Positions 54,401 to 62,382 of a stretch of 64,000 nucleotides of DNA are shown here, in pieces. The notes beneath the pieces were generated by a model. It searched no databases. It was not told where the DNA came from and saw only the letters and a list, made by a program, of their open reading frames with translations. The number at the start of each line of letters is the position of its first letter. Position 1 is the first letter of the stretch. This DNA is from a virus. The stretch covers positions 1-64,000 of the IMG/VR virus record IMGVR_UViG_3300044922_000175; one strand, written 5' to 3'. Position numbers and translations under genes: made by a program.

Positions 54401-56158
54401 AGCATCATTTAATTCAACAGCTATCTTATCAAATCTGGCACTTTCTTCTGCATAAGCTTTTCTATACTCTTCTGGGTTTTTAGCTTGTGCTATCTTACCA
54501 ATAATATTTTTAGTGCTACCATAAGCTCTGTTAGCTACAGCAGTAGAAATACCAGTAAGACCACCCATTAAGAAACCTGAAGCAAATACTTCAATACCTT
54601 GTGCTGATGCTTGATCTTTAAGATTGTCATAGGCATCTGCTAAATAAGCTACTACACCTCCAGCTTCTGGAGTATCATATAATCTTTCATAGTAATCTGT
54701 AGATGCCCCAGAAATAATCTCTTGAGAAATTTCTTGAAGACCTTCAGATAAGTTTTTGGAGAAATAACTACTAGCAAAATTTAAATATGTCTTTGGAGTC
54801 TTAAGACCTCTTACGCTTTCAGCAAAAGATTGTCTTATACCCATAGTCTCAAACTGACCAGTCTTCTCTGAAAATCTTAATGTACGTCCACTTAATTTAC
54901 TTTCTTCTACAATACCTGAAGCTGTCTTACCTAAAGTTCTCTTACGACCTTTGTATAAGTTATCAAAAGTAATATTGTTTGTAAGAAGAATGAGGGGAGC
55001 ATTTATTAGACCCGTTGTAAAACCAGCATCTGATGCTTTCTCATAAATTCTATTTAATCTATCTTGATCTGGATATACTCCATTCTCAGTAATGTATTCA
55101 TTAATATGCTTATCAATAAAATCATTCTTAACTCCTCCGCCTTCCATAGAAGCTTCAGCAGTAGCATAACTAATCTGCTTCATATCTCTTACAAAGTCGG
55201 CAACCCCTCTTACTGAATTAGCTAATCCTAATACAGGACTTTCTGCAGTAATAAAACTCTTAACATTCTTAAATGTATTAGGAACGATGTTCTTAGCAGT
55301 TGCTTCAGCTACATTTAATGCGCCTCTACCAATAGCTGCTACATCCATAGCCTTAATTGTATTGTAAGCTTGTCTAGCAGCGTTAGCATCAAACAACGCA
55401 GAGATAGATTTGATTGTACCGGCTGTCTTTGCAGCACTAGCAGCAAGAGCAGCAGGAAGAGCCATACCATCAGATAAAGCCACCGCACCAGTAAGTAATG
55501 CTTCAGTAGCTAAATAGTCTGCAGCAATACCTGCAACAAATCCTGATTGTAAAGCTAAGTTAGAAACAAAACCAGCAGCACCACCTCTTGTACTACCACG
55601 TTCTGCCATAATCTGGGAGAACTCTCTAGCACCGGTTTCATCAGTCATAGAGAAATCACCAGTTGCCATATCAGCAAGACTTCTATATCCTGATTGAACA
55701 ACAGATAATCCTAATGCAGGAATACCACCAGCTGCTCTAAATAGATCTTGATACCAACTTCTATTCTGATTATATAAAGCTTCATTATTACTTACAGGAT
55801 TAAAACCTAACTTATAAAAGTTATCACTATCGTTATAGTATCTATCAAAGTTTGTTTGTTGGTATCCAGGCTGAAAGTATTTTTCTTTTGAGTTCTGAAA
55901 TGCAATATCAGATTCAGTAATAGGTTTTGCCATTGCTTGTTTAGCAACATCAAAAGGATTACTAGGATCATAATCTACAGCAACACTACCAAATGCTGAA
56001 GGCACTGGAACCCCAGGAACAGCATAAGTATCAGTTACGGATATTAGCGGCTCATTAGTTGGCGCAATACTTGCTTGAAAAGCATCTGATCCTTCAAAGT
56101 TAGAAGGCAAACCGGGTTCAACACCTAGTGGTGGAATTGCATTGTCAAATTCTTCCAT
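42458..56158 (-). CDS. Giant crAss-like virion RNA polymerase polyprotein (hydrophobic N-terminal region, zincin, two-barrel RNAP)
   Basis: GADFDIDKLY (DFDID 45758-45772) preceded by GVRIPSQ; HEAFH at 50195-50209 with downstream EEYLA. Confidence 0.88.
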   Translation of the reverse strand: MEEFDNAIPPLGVEPGLPSNFEGSDAFQASIAPTNEPLISVTDTYAVPGVPVPSAFGSVAVDYDPSNPFDVAKQAMAKPITESDIAFQNSKEKYFQPGYQQTNFDRYYNDSDNFYKLGFNPVSNNEALYNQNRSWYQDLFRAAGGIPALGLSVVQSGYRSLADMATGDFSMTDETGAREFSQIMAERGSTRGGAAGFVSNLALQSGFVAGIAADYLATEALLTGAVALSDGMALPAALAASAAKTAGTIKSISALFDANAARQAYNTIKAMDVAAIGRGALNVAEATAKNIVPNTFKNVKSFITAESPVLGLANSVRGVADFVRDMKQISYATAEASMEGGGVKNDFIDKHINEYITENGVYPDQDRLNRIYEKASDAGFTTGLINAPLILLTNNITFDNLYKGRKRTLGKTASGIVEESKLSGRTLRFSEKTGQFETMGIRQSFAESVRGLKTPKTYLNFASSYFSKNLSEGLQEISQEIISGASTDYYERLYDTPEAGGVVAYLADAYDNLKDQASAQGIEVFASGFLMGGLTGISTAVANRAYGSTKNIIGKIAQAKNPEEYRKAYAEESARFDKIAVELNDAINNGNKVLALDIDNLLVQIKAGTDMVNARKSFDEKAFHDLKDIARFNSVYTALQTNKFDFLIQKLEDMKQMTGEELKEAFDLKDDVTDEEAKQVLDITIDRAGQIKDQYEQFSAFKNPYNPNTYKFADTPEAITGFINELQNHKAFEEARKTAVFSLHGLEQAKTRMADLTKQMSSIAGVGNLSYSDVTATLSIPSIDTEINLLTAEIDSSKDITDPALIEITNNKKKKLKALESLKTNLARIENINDPVEVRKTSYLKKAFTDYMKVLLDEKGTTLNPADLNEAYRIFTDYYALNYDKTNFNKVLSDLYDPNNFIKLAQRERTLIVARDKRRAEFFKKAFKKYAETSKIGIFLKSLAAGGFVIDLKYLKNLETNSFDELKELILTDPDIKFRDLNSNKLFGVEDARFQNIKAFVSEFEVKTKVEVKQTPSNTKPKEPSQFSTDTTEEEEEFGSEDIEDVSEFTQTIVRRAYDDYLKTLREADIPVSFEEFVTSKKAISIINAITELEGTYDAITETKPEFTEWLRTNARTPLIFDVLNKNNVTFSDIFIQQRDENQYVTTALEEGESVVSPGYNGVFITKLSGSIEGAEIGDIYFVKLNDGTNAINATNKPDELIPFEVDAYTSLEEAQKAQKGIGNYLAKNKKEFVFDNVPLVNGQIISDTKNNEYIVLSYPAEIAAGSNLKLKNVKTGAVLTTKSFTGFKLERAPIDKKEYASRFDSISVLDKAWGKRMEGESQKDATARLSNLLRDTPIEQLQKGLSIRFTNLNKSPQRYAYLKLEDQKENQSLGLFTDSYAIALVFNGEEIGYLPNPTSFQFLDVNGNPISYDRINADRVKQAFYLKNGRYNQAVANIKASYKNKVALLNYLKSKLGSSDSVEISYSDLKKVANVNIGLGSYEFLSRDEERPKLSELAYNTINNGIYVIDRKNKYKNGSIITVEGSPITDIDPDLLESTIKEVDDARYKSGYDTLLNYGRYVAVVKLPNGKVRFVELTTPELSSEELNTLAASIKERIELTKKENLDEEAKPLAQEYNDVWNEDNIGNKVFISLPLKDKGKFLDVYVSPNGSIVLDFVNKNSRTDKITRKRIINDPEFNTFSELLSLLNTAIKEHDADVKLPANKMDIILTGRSFKAALPMTIDTLQVLDMEASVGTNVVKDVSVYLDMLEPASDVQANPILPKVDDSVLDSALGNIDFSSAPTSPTSNPDLLRGVAPVNPPVVPVTEPTEKPKEPIQVSSADVLNKVLAAQQSIPQQIKQLQAELYDKMDEVDDELRDKRFAEKGEELTVAEKREIRTQAENSPEVLAIKGQIEVLSNSIGLKVVDAGYTESDITNLTEFLTWVQNNLPDFITVEDLNTLKNNLYNGSKTVGAFVSSLSNVAGNVEVNGTIYTSASSPFKYHEAFHAVFRLLLSDAQISRYLTIAKKELRDQLRKEGKSFSLAKEEMRLLNPLYAAMSESQLEERMYEEYLADKFEAWKINKKTETSHVNKSLFAKIVELIKKVFSRFGKNELNSLFDNIDAGKYRNSKVVTNRYTDSPFDISEPVLKAIKIGTDVIEDSTFAAEGEVNLIRVDKYLPEQEGTRLSASVAAIYNNKLKDADKQTNTEDLLDGILNDYKELYNPKLEQYIDLKSKEIAKLKEYRSIFSLIENREILKEAVREHLAILSIKETNEQDASDDIIDELGERGKQNYTEGAASVGGFGSLSKFLRSWISTITYQAADEFGNVQFLDGTPYIQSVDGSTVYNGILKAIAGTETIDEVLLKLNLYKDRNFESGKVIDEFFIQTGVTFDEEGNPDLSNVKNSYLFQSFTKGFGQYAIDYLFINKDLKKEIANIISANRKDSGKVQFDQWSQAYSNIYESKLTPESKAKAKLVLTKIKTAMAPTKKYTDDELIQVTNKLSVELMETLGISLSGMYLSYSIANNITTLTDQQIKLFKIYSNVTPITIEDIDALSDLVDTEENPFINVQYEITVDAETGEVTPETEVLEGGATTRLYNLAKANAIFDESVYATSWKNAEGQLVYVHQLPSYHLVKINEIKKAGGIEELLKDPFLANNYLLNDPNFLASLDLVTVKRIDGQKVSSLNETEDGDVIENKQLEVNRREGTTYGSFTPEEFIVSLLDLYSTGDVQERNKVKFGTSTHLIRVLEASSTGNVVNLPIIKAAAKASGKNTLTKQAENAMLGFVEQEYTRIQRVANGEFIDEIYDFNTGKMRGLTLFKTGKLISEDLKNELEAQAQENLPLTEKQKAQIKKEMTQSMLNDVNYLIDLLDEDNILQVEDGKVTKSALASFVTKGFTIKEKDKKKAKEDITKNSFFNLKNNDYRYNLLQIYVNDFINTTAINQLMHGDHAISFKDAVDEVKRAKGSNATGANIEAIITDERLGIKHAFKTAHIVTLSDPLFQAKYAGGKGEKANAQMWMTVKALRYTLFGLGKLSPIQAELLNKIENGETVTGDFFFGDSTQKGAVSFDAATNSIKLVYFDGQTYIKTSGFVLTKEFTSYGNKFQYALPGKEELHSLRNTLEAYEKDRETVSLAIPVSGSKGKKTNVASDVNSITDRNFIETSTKYWRLQLENPSNKVKITDTTQIKTILTAEQNDETIVNFMGTDISVGDLKKIYQNSSLNRVKVNYLEKRNAIFTLDSGLEEVKKSIAAGTVTPKLAAFQKYAIETLKSSAGDAQMIEFFELDEQGEPKYDLNSPITIDKFVELFLSYFSKGVLSEKVPGHAVALVSDYGVKQLKKVLELDENGQPKRWELIRVEEFKLNPSKYGTPKTQSDLENRTFNDLQVGDYYVDDLRHNVPEYDENGKITGYFTEFIMPAHFKELLSFIKPGDKIPDAVAKMFGVRIPSQDKHSAVALKLVDFMPVYYGSSAVFPQELIEISGADFDIDKLYIAIQEWLVENGKFIAYGSGTTKTEKFNQFVKYQFSKNKEFKKAYFEFYSALKKEKADELEALQELDIDISDSDYFDDYINQEEVTKAALQYLNLPSTADEYNTKIEKLGYEPYQGALNNIIVNARIALLNNTDMVTAKEGEIPKAFQVATVDPLINIVKSFTEQFPELKDQLEEGKYNIDTLLGKYYAFRNNKEGARNIGPAVNSLLVYSLLNTNNINIRKASSYTDETGETIELKTLRFKLNGKEFDTYGETKAYNPKTGEYDGKRIADILSALVSAMTDNAKERLAAKLNLNIDSLGVVANMVAQGVSLEDSLLFINQPAIRKFYKTLRTNKSSYATDAERKVSKNTIIKNLIEKYDVKEIPTNITTADLIAGIKRNTPEIQVYVLNSFKTLNLQSDTFMNVSAVLKVNKGLPKDLTEFDEIYDKAVDLGLEMTDKEFETSSIPFDIRSLLRNQNTTFGFNFTVYREIRSLTGSVMLNRTPVVNRMRDIVLANTEVNFRDRKNFKKSLDQNLISFFAIKAYLNILNKGGYKRALASLNNGMIYDQAASTLPENMDNVTDVVKKLRELSPNNYFANKFLFAITGANKSNKDGINKVDFNNWTKLSKLQLNKIQYSFMELYTNELTRPYAIDLFHYLLVKDGGQFKSGSFIRVMPNFMFEMILNSSGAAVNALKGSADNAFVKKTFGASINQLYNEFVRGFLQSSNTTFFTKTLKTNLAKNNEVKELKKKLDIPENTKIQSPITTTDTGIQINVFKNTTFERELIPLGDVSNYKGDEMIVDQNGNYQIVQPMVALPGESRLSDEGKKFYRYNLNYLRIAGLVQESKDGKTQIGFPIVLKTIDYTFNKKTFYRLKTIKRDRVKQEENLADLIQPGDMYAFGVSAEYEKFDPIGSRKQFAAGFVIPGSLPTFTGIFANRRNKNVANNPGAFSDLNNIDFDQSIDKQLANIDFSKAPANISSTLASNGITVKTEGKKITYEKDGKPFDTTAKSPEELAKTLTPKAQEQTEEFGDIDAMLASAPAAAFNVSMGAVLKAKAEYPVLNEFYMNELTDEQKEKIKQDLNITSFVNFVEQYKDYVNTSGGNQNSFVEQIKRCYL

Positions 56159-56164
56159 TTAGAA

Positions 56165-56195
56165 CAAATTTAATTTATTATCTAATTGCGTCAAA
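56165..56195 (-). promoter_or_regulatory. Consensus Bacteroidota promoter TTTG-N19-TAAATTTG, 6 nt before the RNAP ATG
   Basis: CAAATTTA at 56165-56172 and CAAA at 56192-56195 on the + strand. Confidence 0.7.
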
Positions 56196-58739
56196 ACTAT
56201 TGAGGAGATTACTGAAACTAATATTATTCAGATTGTTCTGAGTAAATATATCAGTCATTCCTTTTCTACTATCATACATAGTACCTGTAGCAGTAATACT
56301 GCCATTTGGATTTTTTGTAAAGGTCATATCAATATTTCCATTAGGATTGATATACCTATATGTACCGGCATTATCTAAAATTACTTGTCTCTCATCCTTC
56401 TGTAATCTAGAAGAAATAAGATTGGTTGTTTGAGCTGCGGGAATAACTGCAGTTATACCAGTACTAATAATTTTAGCATACTCAGCATCTGTAATACTAC
56501 CAGCTTCTTTAAGAGCTTTTAATGTAGGATCTGATGCGTTAGGTCTAACTGTTAAAGATTGATAATCTGAATTACCTAATGCACGTGATTGATAAGAATA
56601 GCTAACACTTTGTTTGTTAGCTCTGGCATCAGATACCAGTATATTTAAATAACTTCTAAGTACTTGATTATCTTCAATATCTGCAAATACACGATCACTG
56701 GCAGCAGCTACATCAGCTGGTGTACCAATTGCAATTCTAGAATCTGAATTTAAAACATCACCTAGTGCAGATCTTAATCCTAAAGTTAATTTAGAAGAAG
56801 GCTTTGTAAAATCAGCAACACCCTGAATGTTATTACTAATATAACTACCAGGACCAGCTGTACCTACAACTTTATAACCAGCTTGGTTTTTAGAGAGGTT
56901 AATATATTTTTCTTGATAATCCTCTACAAAATCTTCATAATCATCAGCAAAGTCATCAGCATCAATATTAGGATTCTTTTTTAATGCTTCTTCATATGCA
57001 TCCTTTACACTTCTTAAAAAGCCATCTTTAGCAAATACATAATCAACAAATGTTGGAACATAATCACCAGATGCTTTCATATTAGCAGCAATTTTTTGGT
57101 TATTACTATTTAATGCACTAATATTACTATAAGCTAATTGACGTTTATCATTGGCCGTAGTTAAAGCAGAAGCTAAATTCTTAGCTAAAGAAGGATCGGC
57201 TTTAACCATATCTTGAATACCGTTAAAGATCTTATTAAGAGAGGTTAATGATACATTACCCTCTCTTAAACTATTCATGTTAGTTCCGGAAGCTTTTAAA
57301 ACATTACCAACAGCACTATTTAACTTAGCATCATTAATACTGGAAATAGAATTAGTTAATTCATATACACTATTACCAAAGCTTTTCCAACTATTATCAA
57401 ACTCAGTCCTATCTGAAACAAATGCATCTTCTACAGCAGCTTCAGTTTTAACAGCACCAGTAGTAAAATCATCAAATCCACCAGTTTCTAACATCTTCAT
57501 CTCACGCTGAAAGTCTTGCTGAATCTTTTCTTTCTTAGTCCAATAAGAAAAATCTAAAGCTTTTTCATAATCAATCTTTGCAAACTCATTAGCTTTTTTC
57601 TCTACCTGATAATTTCTATAGGCTTCTACTTCAGTTGCTTTACCAATGTCATTAGAGATATAAGAACTAGCTTCAGAAGATCTAATAGCTCTAGATAATA
57701 AATCTATATCCTCATCATTAATAGCAGTAACAATCTGAGATATTCTATCACTTAAATTAGTTTTAGCTTTCTCATAACCATCTCTTTTTGCAACAACCAT
57801 TTGATATTCCTGTTGTTCTTTTGGAGTTAATTTACCACCGCGATTTAATCTAGACTCATATACATCTGTCTTAGCTTGATACTGTGAATAACCTTCTTCA
57901 ATATCCTCTAATCTATTTCTATCATTCTTAAGAAATGCATCAGCATTTGTAACATAATATTCCGTAGTAGCTTGATCTATATCACCATTAAATTTTGATT
58001 CAGCCAATTGTGTAATCGCACTCATAGAATTTACATATGCTAATTCATTATAATATGCTTTTACAGAAGGATCATCTCCTAACGCCATACTAAGATATTG
58101 AGCAATAACTGGTTTAGCAGCTTCACCACCAGTAGTTGTTACATCATAACCACCTATAGTTTTTTCTATCTTTATGTCTTTAAAATCATCACCAATAAGC
58201 TCTCTAGCTTTATCCATGATATTTACATAAGGAACATATTTAGGCATTGCCATTCTATAGGCTTTGTCTTGTGATGCATTTTTAAATTCTATCTGTCTAT
58301 ATTGTAGACCTCTTACTCCAACATCTGAATATTTGGAACTAGTTTCTGGATCAAGAGAATTTTTAAATATTTCAGCTTGTTGTTGACCTTGTTTAACACC
58401 TTTAGTAAACATGATGTCATACTGCATCTTTTTATCATCTACAAAAGGTTGAAATACCTGCTGTGCTAATTGCACATTAGCAGGATCAGAAAGATCTAAA
58501 GATGTAATTTGCTGAATAGCTTTCTCAGAGTTCTTCAAAAAGTTATCTCTTGCTTCTCTATTATCATCTCTTGTAAGATCAGCATATACAATACTACCGT
58601 ATGCACCACTTAATTGATTAAGTGAGCTATCATACCTAGCCTGTCTTGTTGCTAAAACCGTATTAAGAAAATCAAAATTAGGTTTATAAGGTTCAGCCTT
58701 TGGTATGTAATCGGTAAGACCTTGAATGTAAGTAGCCAT
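56178..58739 (-). CDS. Virion cargo/ejection protein (first of the trio)
   Basis: Helical 853-aa protein directly upstream of the RNAP gene, as in crAss-like cargo gene trios; function inferred from position. Confidence 0.6.
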   Translation of the reverse strand: MATYIQGLTDYIPKAEPYKPNFDFLNTVLATRQARYDSSLNQLSGAYGSIVYADLTRDDNREARDNFLKNSEKAIQQITSLDLSDPANVQLAQQVFQPFVDDKKMQYDIMFTKGVKQGQQQAEIFKNSLDPETSSKYSDVGVRGLQYRQIEFKNASQDKAYRMAMPKYVPYVNIMDKARELIGDDFKDIKIEKTIGGYDVTTTGGEAAKPVIAQYLSMALGDDPSVKAYYNELAYVNSMSAITQLAESKFNGDIDQATTEYYVTNADAFLKNDRNRLEDIEEGYSQYQAKTDVYESRLNRGGKLTPKEQQEYQMVVAKRDGYEKAKTNLSDRISQIVTAINDEDIDLLSRAIRSSEASSYISNDIGKATEVEAYRNYQVEKKANEFAKIDYEKALDFSYWTKKEKIQQDFQREMKMLETGGFDDFTTGAVKTEAAVEDAFVSDRTEFDNSWKSFGNSVYELTNSISSINDAKLNSAVGNVLKASGTNMNSLREGNVSLTSLNKIFNGIQDMVKADPSLAKNLASALTTANDKRQLAYSNISALNSNNQKIAANMKASGDYVPTFVDYVFAKDGFLRSVKDAYEEALKKNPNIDADDFADDYEDFVEDYQEKYINLSKNQAGYKVVGTAGPGSYISNNIQGVADFTKPSSKLTLGLRSALGDVLNSDSRIAIGTPADVAAASDRVFADIEDNQVLRSYLNILVSDARANKQSVSYSYQSRALGNSDYQSLTVRPNASDPTLKALKEAGSITDAEYAKIISTGITAVIPAAQTTNLISSRLQKDERQVILDNAGTYRYINPNGNIDMTFTKNPNGSITATGTMYDSRKGMTDIFTQNNLNNISFSNLLNSFDAIR

Positions 58740-58759
58740 TATCTATATTATAAATATAA

Positions 58760-58767
58760 CAAATATA
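58760..58767 (-). promoter_or_regulatory. -7 box TATATTTG upstream of 58739
   Basis: CAAATATA on the + strand in the intergenic gap. Confidence 0.5.
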
Positions 58768-58793
58768 AAGTTAAACTATTAAACCTCTAATAT

Positions 58794-61700
58794 TTAAGAG
58801 CCCTTAGTTTTCCTTCTGTTAGACATTGCAGATTGTGCTCCTAAAATATTACCACGCTCATCTATATCAATATCACCCATAATACCTCTAACCATAGCAG
58901 CCTGAACTGTAGGATTAGTAGTATCAATACCCATCTCAAGAAAATATTGTTTTAGATCTTTAGCTTGTTGTCCAGGTGTAATTTTTCTACCTGGATTATA
59001 ATAAGTTTTAAGAGCAGCAGGATCAACAAAGAAATTAGGATATAAACTGTTCATTTGATCTGTCATGAATCTATTTTCTAATGCAGCATTTACATAATCT
59101 ACAGCCTCTCTTCTAGCAGCTCTCTTAGAATTATCAAATTGCTGATTAGCAATAACAGTTTTATCATAGAAGTCATTAGCCATTAAAGCATTTCTAAAGT
59201 TTGCTTCATTGTTTATTTGCTTATTAGCTTGTTCAAACTGATTAGCTACACCAACATTTAAGTTATTATATCTACCTAACACATTAGCAGCATTAGCTAA
59301 ACTCTTACCTTGTACATCAGAGAATCTTGTATTGAAAGCTTGTGGTCCTGTAAACTGCGCCAAATTTGCAGAAGCAATATTAGCTAGTTCAGCATTATTA
59401 GCTAACTCCCTATTAGGATCATAGAATGTAGGCTCCATAGGTTCTGGTACAAATTGTGCCATTCTAGGATTATATTTATTAATACTAGCTAAGTCACCAA
59501 CAGCAGCTGCAGTATTTAATACATCTTGAGGATAGAAACCAATAGGTCTTCTTGGAGTTCTAGAAACTTCTAACTCATTTGTTTCAAGTTGTTCTCTATT
59601 AGTTTCTGTATTTGGCTTTTTTGGTTTTTTAGGAATAGCATCATAATATTCAAATCCAAATTTATTATTATCATTACCTAAATCTTTTCTAAATTGTGAT
59701 TCAGGTAAATATCTTTGAAATGCTCTAGAAAATTCTCCAAAGAATTTAGGATCATTATAGATATCTGCATTTGAAATATCAACATTAGGTTTAAAGCCTA
59801 TAATATCATAAGCAGCTTTACGTAATGCTACTTCATTTAATTTATCTGCTTCTTCTTTGCCTAAATTTCTTTCTACAATTTTATATTCATAATCTTGTGG
59901 ATTAAGACCAGCATAAAAATTATTATACTTATTTCCAGTTTTTGCAGAACCACTCTGAACTATATTCTTATAACCATATTCATTTAATATCGGAGTTAAA
60001 CTTTCTAATATATTAAATCTATCATTATAATTTTGTTTATTATCAAGAGCAACTCTATATGTTCCTCTTCCAGCATCCCAAGTAATAATACCTTTATCAA
60101 TATATGGTTTTAATGCTTCGTTTTGAGATTTTAAAACTTTACCTGAAGCATCTACAATACTTATTGTATTACCTTTAGTAATTCTCTTACCTTTACTACC
60201 ATTAGGTAATATAATTTCTTCTACATACTCTTTTTCACCTGTCACTTGACCAGCAGTTTGATATTCTTCTAACTCTCCACCATATTCTTTCTTATTAAGT
60301 ATATCTTGACGTCTATCGTTAATCATACTATCAAGATAGGCATCTGTAATTTGTGAAGATTGTGGTTCTGATTTAGCTTTAGGTTTAGCTTTAATAGTTA
60401 CGGGTTCTATTCTAGCAACATCAATATTAGGATTTTCTCTAGCTGCCTCTAATAATAAAGCAGTATCTTGAGAACCTGCAGGATCAGACATTGTATCTTC
60501 AACTATCTGATTAGCTTGTTCAGGACTAGCATTTTTAAGATATTCTACTTTTTGTTCTGGAGACAAAACTCTATATGCTGCAGCACTGAGAATTCCAACT
60601 GCAGGAGCAGCCTCTAGTCCTGCTGTAACAGCACTAGATATATCTAAATTCTTATAAAAATTTTTGACTGGGTTTACTACTCTTGAAATACCCTGTGAAA
60701 TACCTTCTTGAATAGGTTGTAATCTTTTTGCTAATGGTTTTAAAAGATATTCAGGTTGCATAGGTTTAATAAGTCGACCAAAAGCTAAATAATTAAGAGG
60801 ATCCGTTGCAAAATTATATGAAGGATCCCCAGTAAACATGTAATTTAAATTACCAGACCAGTTAAAAGGATTGAAAGGATTAGATTGTTTAGCATATGCA
60901 GCTCTTTGTTCTGGAGTAGTATTAGCAAAACTTCCGGTTTTCCAAAATCCTTTTCCATCAGGAAGTGTTTGATTTGAACTATTAGAATTAACACTCTGTC
61001 CAATCTGAGCTTTAGGAATACCACCATATCTAGCCATCATCATACCTTCTTCAGGTGATGGTGGTAAGAACTGGGCTGGATCTAATCCTACTTTATTCAT
61101 GTAAGGCATAGCAATCTGTGGAACACCTTGTGGAAATCCTTTCTGTGATTCTTGTACAAGAGCTAACTTACCTAAATTAGAGATGTAGTTATCAGCCATC
61201 ATAACAGCTGTCTTTTTACGTAAGGGGTCACTATCAGAATATAAACCTTCGCGCAACTCTTTACTATTAAGATCAAACTTCTTAGAAATTTTAGCTGGAG
61301 TGTAACCACCTTTCTTAGCAGCAAAACCAAAAGATTCTAATATAGCGGGATCTTTAATCTTCATAGCTTTTGTATCCGAGTAAATAAAACTATCTGGTGT
61401 AGCTTTTTCTCCAGACAATGGTGTACCACCTTCTGAGTGACGCTTGCCACCAATTTTAAAGAACTCAGGAATTGCACTATTAGTACCTTTACGTATTAAA
61501 GTCTCTCCTTTCTCTGCTTCTAATACAGACATAGATCTAGGATCCGGTTGTAATGTCTGGTTATATGCAGGTTCTTGTTCTTCTTGTTCTGCACCAGAAA
61601 ACTTATTAACCATATAAGCTGAGTTACCATATAACTGGTTAACAGCATTTTGATTCTGACTACCACCATATCCAGCTTGGGGTAAACTTGTAATTTTTAC

Positions 61701-62378
61701 TTTTCTTTTCATTTCTCCACCCATTTGGGCCTCTTTATTGTAATCACCTTTTATATAATCATCTGGTCTGAAACCAGGACCAAAAGCAAATTCATTAAAA
61801 TTATAGTCACCTCTGTTACCAGACTGACCCTCTTCTCTGGCATATGCTAAATTATCTGATAAAAACTGATCTCTAAGATCACGCTTTGCAAATCTATTAT
61901 CTATTTGATTTGCTAAACCACGGAATATATCTGTGCCAGCTAAGATTGCTTGACCAACATAAGGATTACCTTTTTGATTTTGACTATTTGCATCTGTAAA
62001 ATTCTTAAGATAATTACTTTTATCCTGTGCAGCTAATATACTTGGAGGAGTAGTAGATGCCACTTCTCCCTCTCTTAAAGTTTGCTCTTGATTACGTATG
62101 TCTTGAGACATTCTAGAACCAGGAATACTAGGATCGTATGTAGGAATACCAAAATCTTTTTTTCTTTTAAAAAAATCACCGGTCATACTTAATTTTCCAT
62201 TCTGTTTCTCCCATTGCTGTTGCGTAGGAACATTTAATCCCATCATATCAGGAGTAATAGCTTTAGGCATACTTCCTAATGGAGGATAAATATCATAAGG
62301 TTTAATGCCTTGTGATGGAATATTATTAAAACCCATTTGAGCTTTTGGTAAGCTCTTAACTCTTACTTTCTTTTTCAT
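58794..62378 (-). CDS. Large putative virion protein with xxGG-delimited segments
   Basis: AQMGG, AGYGG, ARYGG, KEYGG; EAEKGE...GGKRHSEGG...FIYSD domain. Confidence 0.75.
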   Translation of the reverse strand: MKKKVRVKSLPKAQMGFNNIPSQGIKPYDIYPPLGSMPKAITPDMMGLNVPTQQQWEKQNGKLSMTGDFFKRKKDFGIPTYDPSIPGSRMSQDIRNQEQTLREGEVASTTPPSILAAQDKSNYLKNFTDANSQNQKGNPYVGQAILAGTDIFRGLANQIDNRFAKRDLRDQFLSDNLAYAREEGQSGNRGDYNFNEFAFGPGFRPDDYIKGDYNKEAQMGGEMKRKVKITSLPQAGYGGSQNQNAVNQLYGNSAYMVNKFSGAEQEEQEPAYNQTLQPDPRSMSVLEAEKGETLIRKGTNSAIPEFFKIGGKRHSEGGTPLSGEKATPDSFIYSDTKAMKIKDPAILESFGFAAKKGGYTPAKISKKFDLNSKELREGLYSDSDPLRKKTAVMMADNYISNLGKLALVQESQKGFPQGVPQIAMPYMNKVGLDPAQFLPPSPEEGMMMARYGGIPKAQIGQSVNSNSSNQTLPDGKGFWKTGSFANTTPEQRAAYAKQSNPFNPFNWSGNLNYMFTGDPSYNFATDPLNYLAFGRLIKPMQPEYLLKPLAKRLQPIQEGISQGISRVVNPVKNFYKNLDISSAVTAGLEAAPAVGILSAAAYRVLSPEQKVEYLKNASPEQANQIVEDTMSDPAGSQDTALLLEAARENPNIDVARIEPVTIKAKPKAKSEPQSSQITDAYLDSMINDRRQDILNKKEYGGELEEYQTAGQVTGEKEYVEEIILPNGSKGKRITKGNTISIVDASGKVLKSQNEALKPYIDKGIITWDAGRGTYRVALDNKQNYNDRFNILESLTPILNEYGYKNIVQSGSAKTGNKYNNFYAGLNPQDYEYKIVERNLGKEEADKLNEVALRKAAYDIIGFKPNVDISNADIYNDPKFFGEFSRAFQRYLPESQFRKDLGNDNNKFGFEYYDAIPKKPKKPNTETNREQLETNELEVSRTPRRPIGFYPQDVLNTAAAVGDLASINKYNPRMAQFVPEPMEPTFYDPNRELANNAELANIASANLAQFTGPQAFNTRFSDVQGKSLANAANVLGRYNNLNVGVANQFEQANKQINNEANFRNALMANDFYDKTVIANQQFDNSKRAARREAVDYVNAALENRFMTDQMNSLYPNFFVDPAALKTYYNPGRKITPGQQAKDLKQYFLEMGIDTTNPTVQAAMVRGIMGDIDIDERGNILGAQSAMSNRRKTKGS

Positions 62379-62382
62379 TGTA

